NCBI GenBank assembly: GCA_002269645.1 | Contig: NIVC01000077.1 | Coordinates: 187,230-251,229, forward strand | From: Macrostomum lignano | Lineage: Eukaryota | Direction: 5' to 3' | Length of the DNA stretch: 64,000 nt | In this document: piece by piece, positions 1-9,925 of the stretch | Position numbering within the stretch: the stretch's first letter is position 1 | How the letters are laid out: each line of letters opens with the position of its first letter | Translations under genes and position numbers: made by a program | The notes under the pieces: generated by a model | The model's database searches: none | The model's input: only the letters and a program-made list of their open reading frames with translations | Told to the model about the DNA's origin: nothing

Positions 1-240
1 ATTTTTAATAAATTAGGAAAAGATTTTAACATCATTGAAAAACACGACGGAAGCGGATTATATCTCGAAATGCGACCAAAAGCAGGTTCAGGAATTTTCT
101 TAAATTCAAACGTTATGGGCAATGGATTACTGTTACCAAAAGCAGATCTCGAATAGGCACCTGGGGGGTGGGTCAAGACACCAAAAACGCAAAATTAAAA
201 AACCAATAATTCAAATATTATATAAATTTGATTCTATAAA

Positions 241-3200
241 ATGGAAGCAATTTTAGCTCAAATCGACAATCCTGAAATTAGAGCACAATTAATAGCTCAA
301 TTGGAATTAGAAAGAGCTAATATAGAAGCTAGAGTTAGGGCAGAAAATGAGATACGTTTAGAAAGACAATTAAATGATATTGATAACCCCCAACCACAAG
401 GACAAAATGGAGCTAAAGTAATAGATATAGATATAGATATAAATACAAATTATAAAGAATATTTTAAACAAATGAAAGATAAATTAAAGACCATATTAAA
501 CAATTATACTATAAGGCCAAATAACAAACGACAGCCAATTAAGTATAAAATAGAAGTTGAAACAGAATTTAAAAAACCAAATATTCTTAGTGCAAATTCA
601 GAAATTGAAGTAATAAATAACTTTTCACAAGAATCATATAAAACACTACTATCAATGGGAAATTACAATAATCAATTTAATCAAATAGAAGCTGAGTTTG
701 ATGAATGGATAGATAAGATGACAGATAACGGTTCTGGCTTTATATTTGTATCCTGTAATTCAGCAACAGTAAAGATTGTTCCTATTGAAATTCTTAAAGG
801 ACGATCACACATGAATCCCAGATTTAAATCACATATGATTATAAATCCAGACAATAGAGATAATAAATGTTTATTATGGTGTTTATTAATTCATAAATAT
901 CACAATCAAGTAGAATCACACACTAATAAAATATATAATTATAGACAATATGAGGATGAAATAATAATGAAAAACATATCATACCCAGTAGCAATAGATG
1001 ATATATATAAGATTGAAAAAATGAATGGTTTAAATATTAATGTGTTTACAATTGAAGAACCAGAAGATCTAGAAGAAATTTCAACCGATCCAGATTGGTA
1101 TAAGAAAAGGTGTTATCTTGTTAAGCCAGCAACTGATATAACAGCACCAGATCAAATCGACCTTTTGTACATACAGCGTGAAAATGAAACACATTATATA
1201 TACATAAAGGACATTAGTTCATTTTTACAAGAAAATAGAAATAGATATCCACTATGTAGAAATTGTTTCACATTTAAAAAGGATGAAACAGCTCTTAAAA
1301 ATCATCAACGATTTTGTTTAGATCATAAATTTACAAATGTTGTAATGCCAGCTTATGAAGATGCAACCCTAAAGTTCCAACAACATTATATGGCAATTAA
1401 AAAACCAATAGTAATATATGCTGATTTTGAAGCAACAAATGTTCCCTTAAAAGAATCACAGACAGTATCTGATGGTGAATGCACAAAAAAATTGGCACAA
1501 CAGTTTCCGAATAGTTATTGTATATATGTACACTCCGTAGCTGATCATATATTTAAATCAAGGATGATTACTTACCACGGTAAGGATGCAGCAAAACACA
1601 TGGCAGAATCATTAGTAAATGTATTTGAATATATTCAAAATCAATATGATAAATTATCAAAAAATATTATTATGACAGATAAGGATAGAGACAATTATAA
1701 AAATGCAACAAATTGTTATATGTGCAAAAGATATTTAAGTGGGAAAAATAAGATACGAGAACATTGTCATCTAACGGGAATTTATCGAGGGGCAGCATGT
1801 AGATCATGTAACGCAAAAGAAGGAAAAGGATGTAAGGAAATACCAGTATTTTTTCATAATGGTTCCGGCTATGATTTTCATTTCTTAGTTCGAGAATTGC
1901 TTCATTTAGGTAGGGACGAATATGAAATAAATATATTACCTAAAACATCAGAAAATTACATATCAATAACATATGGTAAGAAATACTCCCATCTAGTTTT
2001 TCTAGATTCCTTGAGATTCTTATCAACATCTTTAGCAAATGTTGTTTCATCATTAGTTCCAAAACCGTGGGATTTAGAAATAGTAAAGAAAAACTTTCCA
2101 ATACTATTGAATCGTTTCAAAAAGGAAAAACTATCCGAGGAAGAACTAATGCTATTAACTCGTAAGGGCTGCTACCCATATGAATATGTAACATCTGAAG
2201 ACGTATTTTTTCATACCGAATTACCACCCATAGAAAAGTTTTATTCAACATTATCACAATCAAATATAAGTGAATCGGATTATGAACACGCTCAAAAAGT
2301 ATGGAAATGTTTTAATTGTAAAACATTTAAAGATTATCATAATCTATATCTTAAAGCAGATGTTCTCCTATTAGCTGATGCATTTGAAAACTTTAGGAAT
2401 CATACATATGAGAACTTTAAAATTGATCCCGCTTATTGTTTCAGTGCACCCGGATTAACATGGGCATGTGGTTTGAAATACACAGATGTTGAGATTGATT
2501 TATTAACTGATCATGATATGTTGTTAATGATTGAGAGAGGAATTCGCGGTGGATTCTCGGGGGTATTAGGAGATAGATATACTAAAGTAAATAATAAATA
2601 TCTACCAAATTATAATAAAAAAGAAAAATCATCATATGTATTATATCTAGATGCAAACAATTTATACGGTGGTTGTATGAAACAAAAATTACCAATAGCT
2701 GATTTCCAATGGGAAGACGACCCCGATTATTACAAAAATATTCCCGAAGGAAGGGGCTGTATCGTAGAAGTGGATTTGCAATATACTCGGGAAGCAAAAG
2801 CAAAAACATATAAATATCCTTTAGCTCCAGAGCATTGTTCAGTTAATGAAGATGATTTATCACAAACACAAAAAGATTATCTTAAAGCAGATAATGCAAA
2901 ACACCTAGCAACAAAAAAATTAATATTAAATTTACATGATAAGAAAAACTATGTAGTGCATTATAAGCTTCTACAATTTTATGAAAAGCAGGGATTAAAA
3001 GTGTCTAAAGTACATCGAACAATATCGTTTATTGAGGAAGATTGGTTAGCTAAATATATTGACTTTAATTCAAATCAGAGACAGATGTCAAAAACAAATT
3101 TTGAGAAAGATTATTGGAAATTAATGAATAATGCTTTTTATGGAAAAACGGTTGAAAATATTAGAGATAGAACCCAATTCCATTTAGAAAAGGATATTGA

Positions 3201-4215
3201 TAAAGCAAAGAAATATTTCTCAAAACCTAACTTTAAAGATTTTATAAAATTTGATGATAACTTTATGGGAATACATATGAGAAATAAAACAACAAAATTT
3301 CTTAAACCAATATTTATTGGAATGGTTGTTCTAGATTTTGCAAAGCTAGTAATGTATGAATACTATTATGATGTTATAAATAAAACATGGCCAGATAACT
3401 ATCCAATATATGCAGACACCGACAGTTTGGTATTTAAGGTTGAAACAGATGATCGGACGGAGTCCGCGACCCTGCGGGGCGATCGGGCAAAGCCCGCGAA
3501 CCAAAGGTTCGATGTCTATAAAGATATGGAAAAAATTAAGGATACATTGGATACATCCGACTATCCGGATAACCATCCCTTAAAATCGAATCAAAATAAG
3601 AAAGTTGTACTTAAAATGAAAGATGAATTAAATAGCAAAATCATATCCGAGTTTATAGCAATAAGATCAAAATGCTATGCATTTAAAGTTTTAGGACAGG
3701 AGGGAGAGGTAAAAAAAATAAAAGGGGTATCAAGGGCGGCAGTTAAAAAGATAACATTTGATGATTATAAAAATGTACTTTTAGATTACCTTAATACAAT
3801 TGAAAATTATCACACTCCACAATATCGATTAAATTCAGATAAGCATCGGATGTTTGTCATCGAGACAGATAAAAAAACATTAAGTCCATTTGATGATAAA
3901 AGATATTTAGATGATAAAATTAAAACATATCCATATGGTTTAAAAGATGAGATAAAAAATATGATAAAAGATAAAAAACAAAAAGAAGATATAATAAGCA
4001 AATATAATGAATACAAAGAGGCAATAAATAATTATTATTACGATTGTGATTGTGAATCCGAATGTGAATGTGAATATAATACATTTCTAGAATATGAAAA
4101 AGATATAGATAATTATTATGCAACTTTTCCAAAAGAACTTAAAAAATTAAACAAGGAAAAAGTCTTGGATAACTGGAAGAGATTAACAGAAAAACTAATA
4201 ATGGTAAAAAACTAA
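241..4215 (+). CDS. Protein-primed family B DNA polymerase (pPolB) with endonuclease-VII-like Zn domain
   Basis: ExoI IYADFE, ExoII FHNGSGYDFHF, ExoIII YLKADVLLLAD; polymerase motifs YLDANNLYG, KLMNNAFYGK and YADTDS; CxxC...HCHLTG.YRG..C..CN insert at about 1714-1812. Confidence 0.97.
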   Translation: MEAILAQIDNPEIRAQLIAQLELERANIEARVRAENEIRLERQLNDIDNPQPQGQNGAKVIDIDIDINTNYKEYFKQMKDKLKTILNNYTIRPNNKRQPIKYKIEVETEFKKPNILSANSEIEVINNFSQESYKTLLSMGNYNNQFNQIEAEFDEWIDKMTDNGSGFIFVSCNSATVKIVPIEILKGRSHMNPRFKSHMIINPDNRDNKCLLWCLLIHKYHNQVESHTNKIYNYRQYEDEIIMKNISYPVAIDDIYKIEKMNGLNINVFTIEEPEDLEEISTDPDWYKKRCYLVKPATDITAPDQIDLLYIQRENETHYIYIKDISSFLQENRNRYPLCRNCFTFKKDETALKNHQRFCLDHKFTNVVMPAYEDATLKFQQHYMAIKKPIVIYADFEATNVPLKESQTVSDGECTKKLAQQFPNSYCIYVHSVADHIFKSRMITYHGKDAAKHMAESLVNVFEYIQNQYDKLSKNIIMTDKDRDNYKNATNCYMCKRYLSGKNKIREHCHLTGIYRGAACRSCNAKEGKGCKEIPVFFHNGSGYDFHFLVRELLHLGRDEYEINILPKTSENYISITYGKKYSHLVFLDSLRFLSTSLANVVSSLVPKPWDLEIVKKNFPILLNRFKKEKLSEEELMLLTRKGCYPYEYVTSEDVFFHTELPPIEKFYSTLSQSNISESDYEHAQKVWKCFNCKTFKDYHNLYLKADVLLLADAFENFRNHTYENFKIDPAYCFSAPGLTWACGLKYTDVEIDLLTDHDMLLMIERGIRGGFSGVLGDRYTKVNNKYLPNYNKKEKSSYVLYLDANNLYGGCMKQKLPIADFQWEDDPDYYKNIPEGRGCIVEVDLQYTREAKAKTYKYPLAPEHCSVNEDDLSQTQKDYLKADNAKHLATKKLILNLHDKKNYVVHYKLLQFYEKQGLKVSKVHRTISFIEEDWLAKYIDFNSNQRQMSKTNFEKDYWKLMNNAFYGKTVENIRDRTQFHLEKDIDKAKKYFSKPNFKDFIKFDDNFMGIHMRNKTTKFLKPIFIGMVVLDFAKLVMYEYYYDVINKTWPDNYPIYADTDSLVFKVETDDRTESATLRGDRAKPANQRFDVYKDMEKIKDTLDTSDYPDNHPLKSNQNKKVVLKMKDELNSKIISEFIAIRSKCYAFKVLGQEGEVKKIKGVSRAAVKKITFDDYKNVLLDYLNTIENYHTPQYRLNSDKHRMFVIETDKKTLSPFDDKRYLDDKIKTYPYGLKDEIKNMIKDKKQKEDIISKYNEYKEAINNYYYDCDCESECECEYNTFLEYEKDIDNYYATFPKELKKLNKEKVLDNWKRLTEKLIMVKN

Positions 4216-4593
4216 AGCATGTAATTCTTCGAGCATATCATTAACTGCAATTTCATATAATATTGAAGGCCAATTTTCCTCGCAGTCGTCAGGATCGGTC
4301 GAAGACCGCGACCCTTCGGGGCGGTAACTTAAACATTCTTTTATTTTTTTCCTAAGTACTTTTATTCGTCTAACCAATCTATCTATTTCAATTTCAATTA
4401 CTGTTTCAGCATAAGCAAGCGCAGCTTTTATAAAACACATTCTTTTATCCATCTCATATCGGATGGGAAACATTTCGTCCCCCCACTCACTATAAGACAT
4501 TGAATTTATTTTTTTATTAATATCTTTAATTTCACGCTTTTTAGTGATAAGGATTTTTATTGTCTCCATTTTCTTATAAAAAAAATTAGTCAT
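4195..4593 (-). CDS. Polinton hypothetical protein (likely start METIK at 4569)
   Basis: ORF tightly packed between viral genes; the ATG at 4569 has the A-rich start context shared by the other viral genes. Confidence 0.6.
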   Translation of the reverse strand: MTNFFYKKMETIKILITKKREIKDINKKINSMSYSEWGDEMFPIRYEMDKRMCFIKAALAYAETVIEIEIDRLVRRIKVLRKKIKECLSYRPEGSRSSTDPDDCEENWPSILYEIAVNDMLEELHALVFYHY

Positions 4594-4918
4594 CTTCGCC
4601 AGCCTCCCAAACGGAAGCCAATTTTACAGTCCTGTCACTCTTTTTATTATTTGTTTGTTTTAGTTTAAATTGCAATCCACCCTCGGTGCTGTATTTTATA
4701 ATGAACGCTTTAGGTTTATTAATAACTAAAACTGGAAAATTTTTAACATCATTCCCACTTAGACATAGTATTGTTTGCCCATCTAATTGTAAAAATATCG
4801 ATTGAAGTCCAATAAATTTAACCTGTCTCAAACATATAATATTATATTCTTTATTCTCCAACATATTGGGTGTGAGATAATTAATCACATTAGAATCGGT
4901 TTTGAACCAGCTCTCCAT
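4586..4918 (-). CDS. Polinton hypothetical protein
   Basis: 110-aa ORF with TAAAAATG start context, abutting its neighbours. Confidence 0.6.
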   Translation of the reverse strand: MESWFKTDSNVINYLTPNMLENKEYNIICLRQVKFIGLQSIFLQLDGQTILCLSGNDVKNFPVLVINKPKAFIIKYSTEGGLQFKLKQTNNKKSDRTVKLASVWEAGEDD

Positions 4919-4944
4919 TTTTAATCTAAAAAAATAACAAAAAA

Positions 4945-5457
4945 ATGAAAGACATTTATGAATGTAATAAATGTAACGTGACTATGCATAGAGCTCAAAC
5001 AGTAAACGGAGATATATATCATATGTGTTATTCATGTTCTAAAATATATCAATTTGAAAAAACAAAAAAGATTGAAAACTCATATTACTATTTTAAAAAC
5101 ACAATTTTAAGAAATCTTACAAGAGACATATCTGATCCAATTTTAATTCCCGGAAATAATGTTTATTTATATAACAACTTTTTCCATTTAAATAAAGGAA
5201 AGGGATTAAGTTCGAAAGACGCTGAAAGGATTTTAATTTTAGTTGGATATTATTTTAATTTTCTTATTCGAGAGAATACAAAGTTCATAAGGATAGGTAA
5301 CATACCTAACGAAATGTTACTGAAAAAGTCGTTGGAATTTTTATGTATTGATAAAAAATTTAAACCTAGGATCACAAGAGAATTACCACTTTGGGAAGAA
5401 TATATAACATATGCATTAGAAAAATTGTACTTTGTACACATGACTTGTCATGATTAA
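4945..5457 (+). CDS. Polinton protein with N-terminal CxxC...CxxC zinc ribbon
   Basis: CNKC and CYSC motifs near the N-terminus; 170-aa ORF with AAAAAATG start. Confidence 0.65.
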   Translation: MKDIYECNKCNVTMHRAQTVNGDIYHMCYSCSKIYQFEKTKKIENSYYYFKNTILRNLTRDISDPILIPGNNVYLYNNFFHLNKGKGLSSKDAERILILVGYYFNFLIRENTKFIRIGNIPNEMLLKKSLEFLCIDKKFKPRITRELPLWEEYITYALEKLYFVHMTCHD

Positions 5458-6140
5458 ACAACATTAAGTTCTACCGCACTACCTGATCGGGGGCTTTGTA
5501 CCCCAGTACCAATAGTTTCGGGTTCGTAAATACCTAATGTTTCTATCGGCGGAGCTTTGGGTTTGTCGAGTCTCAACTCTTTTAATTCTATATCGGTAAA
5601 AGTTTCAACATCTAAAATTCTATTTCGATCTTTTAAATATTTTTCATATAATTCAACCGCGGTTGATAACTCGTGAATTGTTATCTCTCCGTCATCCAAT
5701 ATTTTTTGCACATATAAATATAACTGATTTTTATATTGCTTGGCAACATCTCTTAATGATTTATATTTTTCCTTTCGTTTTTTAAGATATAATTTAATTG
5801 CTAAAAGTATTGATAAGTTTCTGATTAATTCAAAACCTGATATTGAGCCAATTGAAATACCTAAAAATAATTGAGATAAATTAAGAGTTGGAATAGATTG
5901 TAAAATACCTAAAATGATTACACATAACATCGATAAGCTTCCAAAACCAATATTGAAAAAATCCATATTTCTGATATGGTTTGAAATCCTTCTTACTTTT
6001 TTACTATATAAATCATAATCATAGTTAATACGATCAACATTACTTAACATGTGGCCTTTACGTTGGTCGTGCATAGCACGCGAACCTTCGGTTCGGTCAA
6101 AATGGTCACGTTCCCTTTTATCTGCTTCAGACACCGACAT
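5454..6140 (-). CDS. Predicted membrane protein (two hydrophobic segments followed by a helical ..LDDGEI.. region), Polinton accessory type
   Basis: Hydrophobic stretches FFNIGFGSLSMLCVIILGIL and LFLGISIGSISGFELI...LLAIKLYL, then a basic patch and KILDDGEITIHEL. Confidence 0.65.
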   Translation of the reverse strand: MSVSEADKRERDHFDRTEGSRAMHDQRKGHMLSNVDRINYDYDLYSKKVRRISNHIRNMDFFNIGFGSLSMLCVIILGILQSIPTLNLSQLFLGISIGSISGFELIRNLSILLAIKLYLKKRKEKYKSLRDVAKQYKNQLYLYVQKILDDGEITIHELSTAVELYEKYLKDRNRILDVETFTDIELKELRLDKPKAPPIETLGIYEPETIGTGVQSPRSGSAVELNVV

Positions 6141-6456
6141 TCTCGTCTATTTTTAATAGCACCAAAATGAATTCCCCGCGCTCTTTGGGGATTTGTCCTG
6201 AGCTCAATAGGTATTGTATTGGACTTATTCTTTCTTTTTTCTCCCATTTAAATCCAATTTTCCAAAACTCTTGAAGTATAATATGATTTTTTAATAATTT
6301 AATTAATTCTTGAAGTTTCTTATTATCCTGAACATTCACATTGCTAAATAAATATTTGGTATGAGATTTAAAAGTTTTTATAATCGGTTCTTGTTTAGGA
6401 ATAGGAATAATAACATTATTATTCTGCCGCATCGATGGAGTTCTACTAAAAGCCAT
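6127..6456 (-). CDS. Polinton hypothetical protein
   Basis: 109-aa ORF with TATAAAATG start context. Confidence 0.55.
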   Translation of the reverse strand: MAFSRTPSMRQNNNVIIPIPKQEPIIKTFKSHTKYLFSNVNVQDNKKLQELIKLLKNHIILQEFWKIGFKWEKKERISPIQYLLSSGQIPKERGEFILVLLKIDENVGV

Positions 6457-6527
6457 TTTATATAGAAATATTTAAGTTATCGAACCAAAGGTTCGCGACT
6501 TAGGCTTTAGCCTTAGGCGATCGCCCC

Positions 6528-8398
6528 TTAGGGTCGCAGCATTAGCTGATCTGTGTAGGTGGTTTTTCTAAATAAGCGGTAGAAGGAAAAACATAGCCGT
6601 AGAAAAACGGCAGCGCCACGAATAAAATGTGCAGCATCCGATCCTCCGGTTCGAGCACCAAAACCCATAAGAGTTCCAGATTTATCTAAAGTTCCCCAAT
6701 TCCCACTATCATAAGCAAAAACATTTTGCCCAATTAGAGTATAAGAATCGGCTGAAACATTGTATGAATTTAATCGATACCAAACCCTTTGATTAAGAAT
6801 ATTTATTTCAAACAGATGCCAATCACCATTATCAATATTTGCATAGTCTACCGTTTGATCCGCGTCAGTATTAACATCCGCGCGGCTTGATCCATCTGAT
6901 TTTTTAGAACTCCAAAGTAGGCCAAATTTATCATGCCACTCACTCGCAAAAACTATCAATCCAGCGTCTGTTGCTAAACCTGCCCCGCTTTCGGTTGTTG
7001 GTCGTTCGTGACAATATGCATAAAACCAAACGGCATCTGCACCACCTCCTGTAGCATTAGCAACTCTGAAAAAGAAAGACGCTGATATATTTTGAAAATG
7101 TGTGAAATTAAATTGTAATGCCCCACTGACTCCAACAGTTTCACGAGTAATTCTAGCACCATTTTGATAATCGATATAAGAAGCGTCGCCAATTAAAGAA
7201 CCAACTGGATATATATCTCCGGCGGTTGTTGGATTTTGATATCCAGTCCAATTGCAAATTACTGTCTCGAATAATGCAGCATCAATCGCGGGAATATTAT
7301 CCAATTTATTTTTATCACCTGCAGACATTCTACCGTTTGATGTTGGGGTTGCTACCTGATCTACGTACGCTCGCGGGGTTGCAGAAAGTATTTGATTCGG
7401 CCAATTAAGATCTTGAATTTCAACTCGGTGTTCAAATAATTGAATTAGACGAACCTCGATAGGTTGTGTAGCGGTGCCACCAGTTGGGAATAAAACACTA
7501 TAATATTTCCAAAAATTAACCGTTAAATTAGTTAACGCAAATGAAGTTGCTTGAATTGGCGATCCCGACGTTCGTAATACCGTCCATGCATCGGTAGCAA
7601 CATTTTTTGCGCGAACCGACCATCCCGATGGGATATCAATAGTTGCGCTGCCTGTAATTCTTAATTCATTTATTCTTCGATTATAACCTAAAAATTCAAA
7701 TTGAATTTCAATATTGGTTGTGGTTCCGGTATTTGGTGACCATTGTGTCGCAAGGCTTCCATCTCCAACTCGAAAAGCATCGTTGGTATTTTCAGATGCT
7801 GTAAGAACAACATCAGGATTTGAAGTATTTGATGTAAGCGGTGTGGCAAAAATATCGGCGTCTGTTACATTAGCTCGAGCGTTGACTTGCCCTAAATTGA
7901 CCGAGTCTGTGTCCTCTGTTCCAAATAATAAATTTGTTAATTTAAAATTATTCATATTAATATTGCCAGTACGACTACCAACCTGATTATCGACATAGTT
8001 CTTATCAACTACCGAGTTATTCGTTGTAATTGCAACATTTATAATTCGATTGTTGTTTCGGTTCCGGTTGCGGTGGTTTGAACATAACGCGAATCAGAAT
8101 CATTTCGAGAATAAGAATCAGTTATATCTCTTTTTAAATTTAACCCAGTGTCAACCTCTGTTTTTGTATATGAATCACTAATATCTCTTTTAAGATTTAA
8201 TGAAGTGTCGATTTCAGTTTTGGTATAGGAATCTGCAACGTTTCTTTTTAAATTTAGTTTAGTATCAATTTCAGTTTTTTTATAACCTTCATCCTCATTA
8301 ATATATCGGTTATCTCCGAATGTAACACTTATTCCACCAGATGTACCACCACCAGTACTTGTTGTTCCGTTCCATGAGGGTGTTCCAGAAAATATCAT
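6528..8398 (-). CDS. Putative virion fibre/receptor-binding protein, split by one frameshift near 8045-8065 (track ORFs 8039..8398 and 6528..7955)
   Basis: Three DSYTKTEIDTxLNLKR repeats; then, in the -1 frame, NNRIINVA...DKNYVD and NFKLTNL...DSVNLGQV stalk motifs; a discoidin-like beta region; an ATPTSNGRMSAGDKNKLDNI tail-fibre motif; and a C-terminal lectin-like region. The 7955 ATG lacks the viral start context. Confidence 0.7.
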
Positions 8399-8408
8399 TT
8401 TTTACTGC

Positions 8409-8936
8409 CTATTTTATAGAGTCTAAAATCGCCCCGTAGGGTCGCGGACTTCGTCCGATCGTTCCGATGGAACGCGTGCTTTGCACGATCGAACCGAAGG
8501 TTCGCATACTTTGTATGATATCTTTAAAGTCTTCGGGTCTTTCCTTAGAGTTATTAATTTTATATAAAAAATACAACGCCGCTTGCCCGCAATAACTTTT
8601 ATCAAAGGTTTGAAATTGTTCGTGATGATCTCCACATAAACGATTTTTAGTATGATTAAATTTGTCTTTTATTTCCTGTAACGGAGGAAGCGCGTATGAA
8701 TCAAAAAAATAAACAAGTTTGGGTTTGGAATAAACTGCCGACCAATGAACACCGTTTTCTTTTGTTGTTTCTATATTGACAATGTAAGATCCATATTGTG
8801 GTAAGTCTTTGATCTCATCTCGCATAACACATCTAAATGGTTTTATTTTTAGTTGCCGCGCCCAATTTGTTAATTCAATATTGCTTGTTGTGTCAGTTCC
8901 ATATCTTTGTTTGAACAACTGCCAATTCAAAGTCAT
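8409..8936 (-). CDS. Adenain-like (C5/Ulp-type) cysteine protease
   Basis: Catalytic triad motifs GVHWSAV, YFFDSYAL and QFQTFDKSYCGQAALYFL. Confidence 0.92.
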   Translation of the reverse strand: MTLNWQLFKQRYGTDTTSNIELTNWARQLKIKPFRCVMRDEIKDLPQYGSYIVNIETTKENGVHWSAVYSKPKLVYFFDSYALPPLQEIKDKFNHTKNRLCGDHHEQFQTFDKSYCGQAALYFLYKINNSKERPEDFKDIIQSMRTFGSIVQSTRSIGTIGRSPRPYGAILDSIK

Positions 8937-8937
8937 T

Positions 8938-9111
8938 TTATGTTCCTGAAAAACTCTTGGTTTTGATTAGTTTCGTAGGTTTGGATTTTAACAGTTCCTT
9001 TCGGATTTTTTCTGCTTGAAGTTGTTTCAATTTTGTTAGTTCGATTTCATAATTATCCTTTGCATTTTGAACTTTATCTGATTGTTTTTTTAAACTATTA
9101 TTGTTACCCAT
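8938..9111 (-). CDS. 57-aa basic microprotein with N-myristoylation-type start (below the ORF-track cutoff)
   Basis: Hand translation gives MGNNNSLKKQSDKVQNAKDNYEIELTKLKQLQAEKIRKELLKSKPTKLIKTKSFSGT*. It fills the gap between penton and protease genes almost exactly and has a TAAAAATG start. Confidence 0.65.
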   Translation of the reverse strand: MGNNNSLKKQSDKVQNAKDNYEIELTKLKQLQAEKIRKELLKSKPTKLIKTKSFSGT

Positions 9112-9121
9112 TTTTACAATG

Positions 9122-9907
9122 TTAAACCTGTTTTATCCGTAAAATTATTGTTATTGACTGTCCACCAAAACTTATTAATCTATCGCTTTCATCTACAATC
9201 CTAATATAAATTGATTGAACACTATATTGATTTAAAGGATAATATATTGGGGTTTGGGGTGCAACAATCATTTTCTCTCCAATTGGAACAGCAAGAAATG
9301 GGATGGAATAAATAATTCCACGTTGAACCAAAACTCCGTTATCATCTGTTATATAACCGCCGTTTGATATGTCGGTTGTTATATTAATTGTATTAACTCC
9401 ACCCTCAATATTTCCAACGGTATCGCCAGTGCTTGATGTGGTAACGATTCGGGAATTAAATCCGAGTATGGTTCTGAGTGAATTTGCAATTGTGAAATCA
9501 ACCTGATATCCAGATTCTAGTGATAGCGTGAATCTGCCAGATGGTAAATCAACCCCTATAACAATCGCGCCTGCTACCCAATCGCCATTAGCTGTTAATT
9601 CTCCTTCTATATAAGCATTCAAATCGGTATAGGAATATGCTCCTGGGTTAACGCTAAATGTTGTCCAATTGGCTCCGGAATCTTTAGAATATCTAAATTG
9701 ATTATTTGTTGCATTAATTAATTGAGGCATGTTAAAAACTGAAAATAGTATCAAACCTATTTGATAACTTAGGCTTTGATCGAGTTGTAACGGATCGCGC
9801 AATCGAATCAGTTGCTCACTTCTTGTCATTATAAACTGTAAGGTTGTACTAAATTTTGAATTAGTTCGATCTACCAATTGTTTTATAGTATCCAAATTTG
9901 TAGCCAT
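9122..9907 (-). CDS. Minor capsid protein (penton, single jelly-roll)
   Basis: Polinton penton-like motifs: LDQSLSYQIGL, NNQFRY...VNPGAYSYTDLN, NSLRTILGF, INITTDI...GGY, PIYYPL, IYIRIVDESDRLISFGGQSITIILRIK. Confidence 0.85.
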   Translation of the reverse strand: MATNLDTIKQLVDRTNSKFSTTLQFIMTRSEQLIRLRDPLQLDQSLSYQIGLILFSVFNMPQLINATNNQFRYSKDSGANWTTFSVNPGAYSYTDLNAYIEGELTANGDWVAGAIVIGVDLPSGRFTLSLESGYQVDFTIANSLRTILGFNSRIVTTSSTGDTVGNIEGGVNTINITTDISNGGYITDDNGVLVQRGIIYSIPFLAVPIGEKMIVAPQTPIYYPLNQYSVQSIYIRIVDESDRLISFGGQSITIILRIKQV

Positions 9908-9925
9908 TTTTTATAGTGGATAAAA

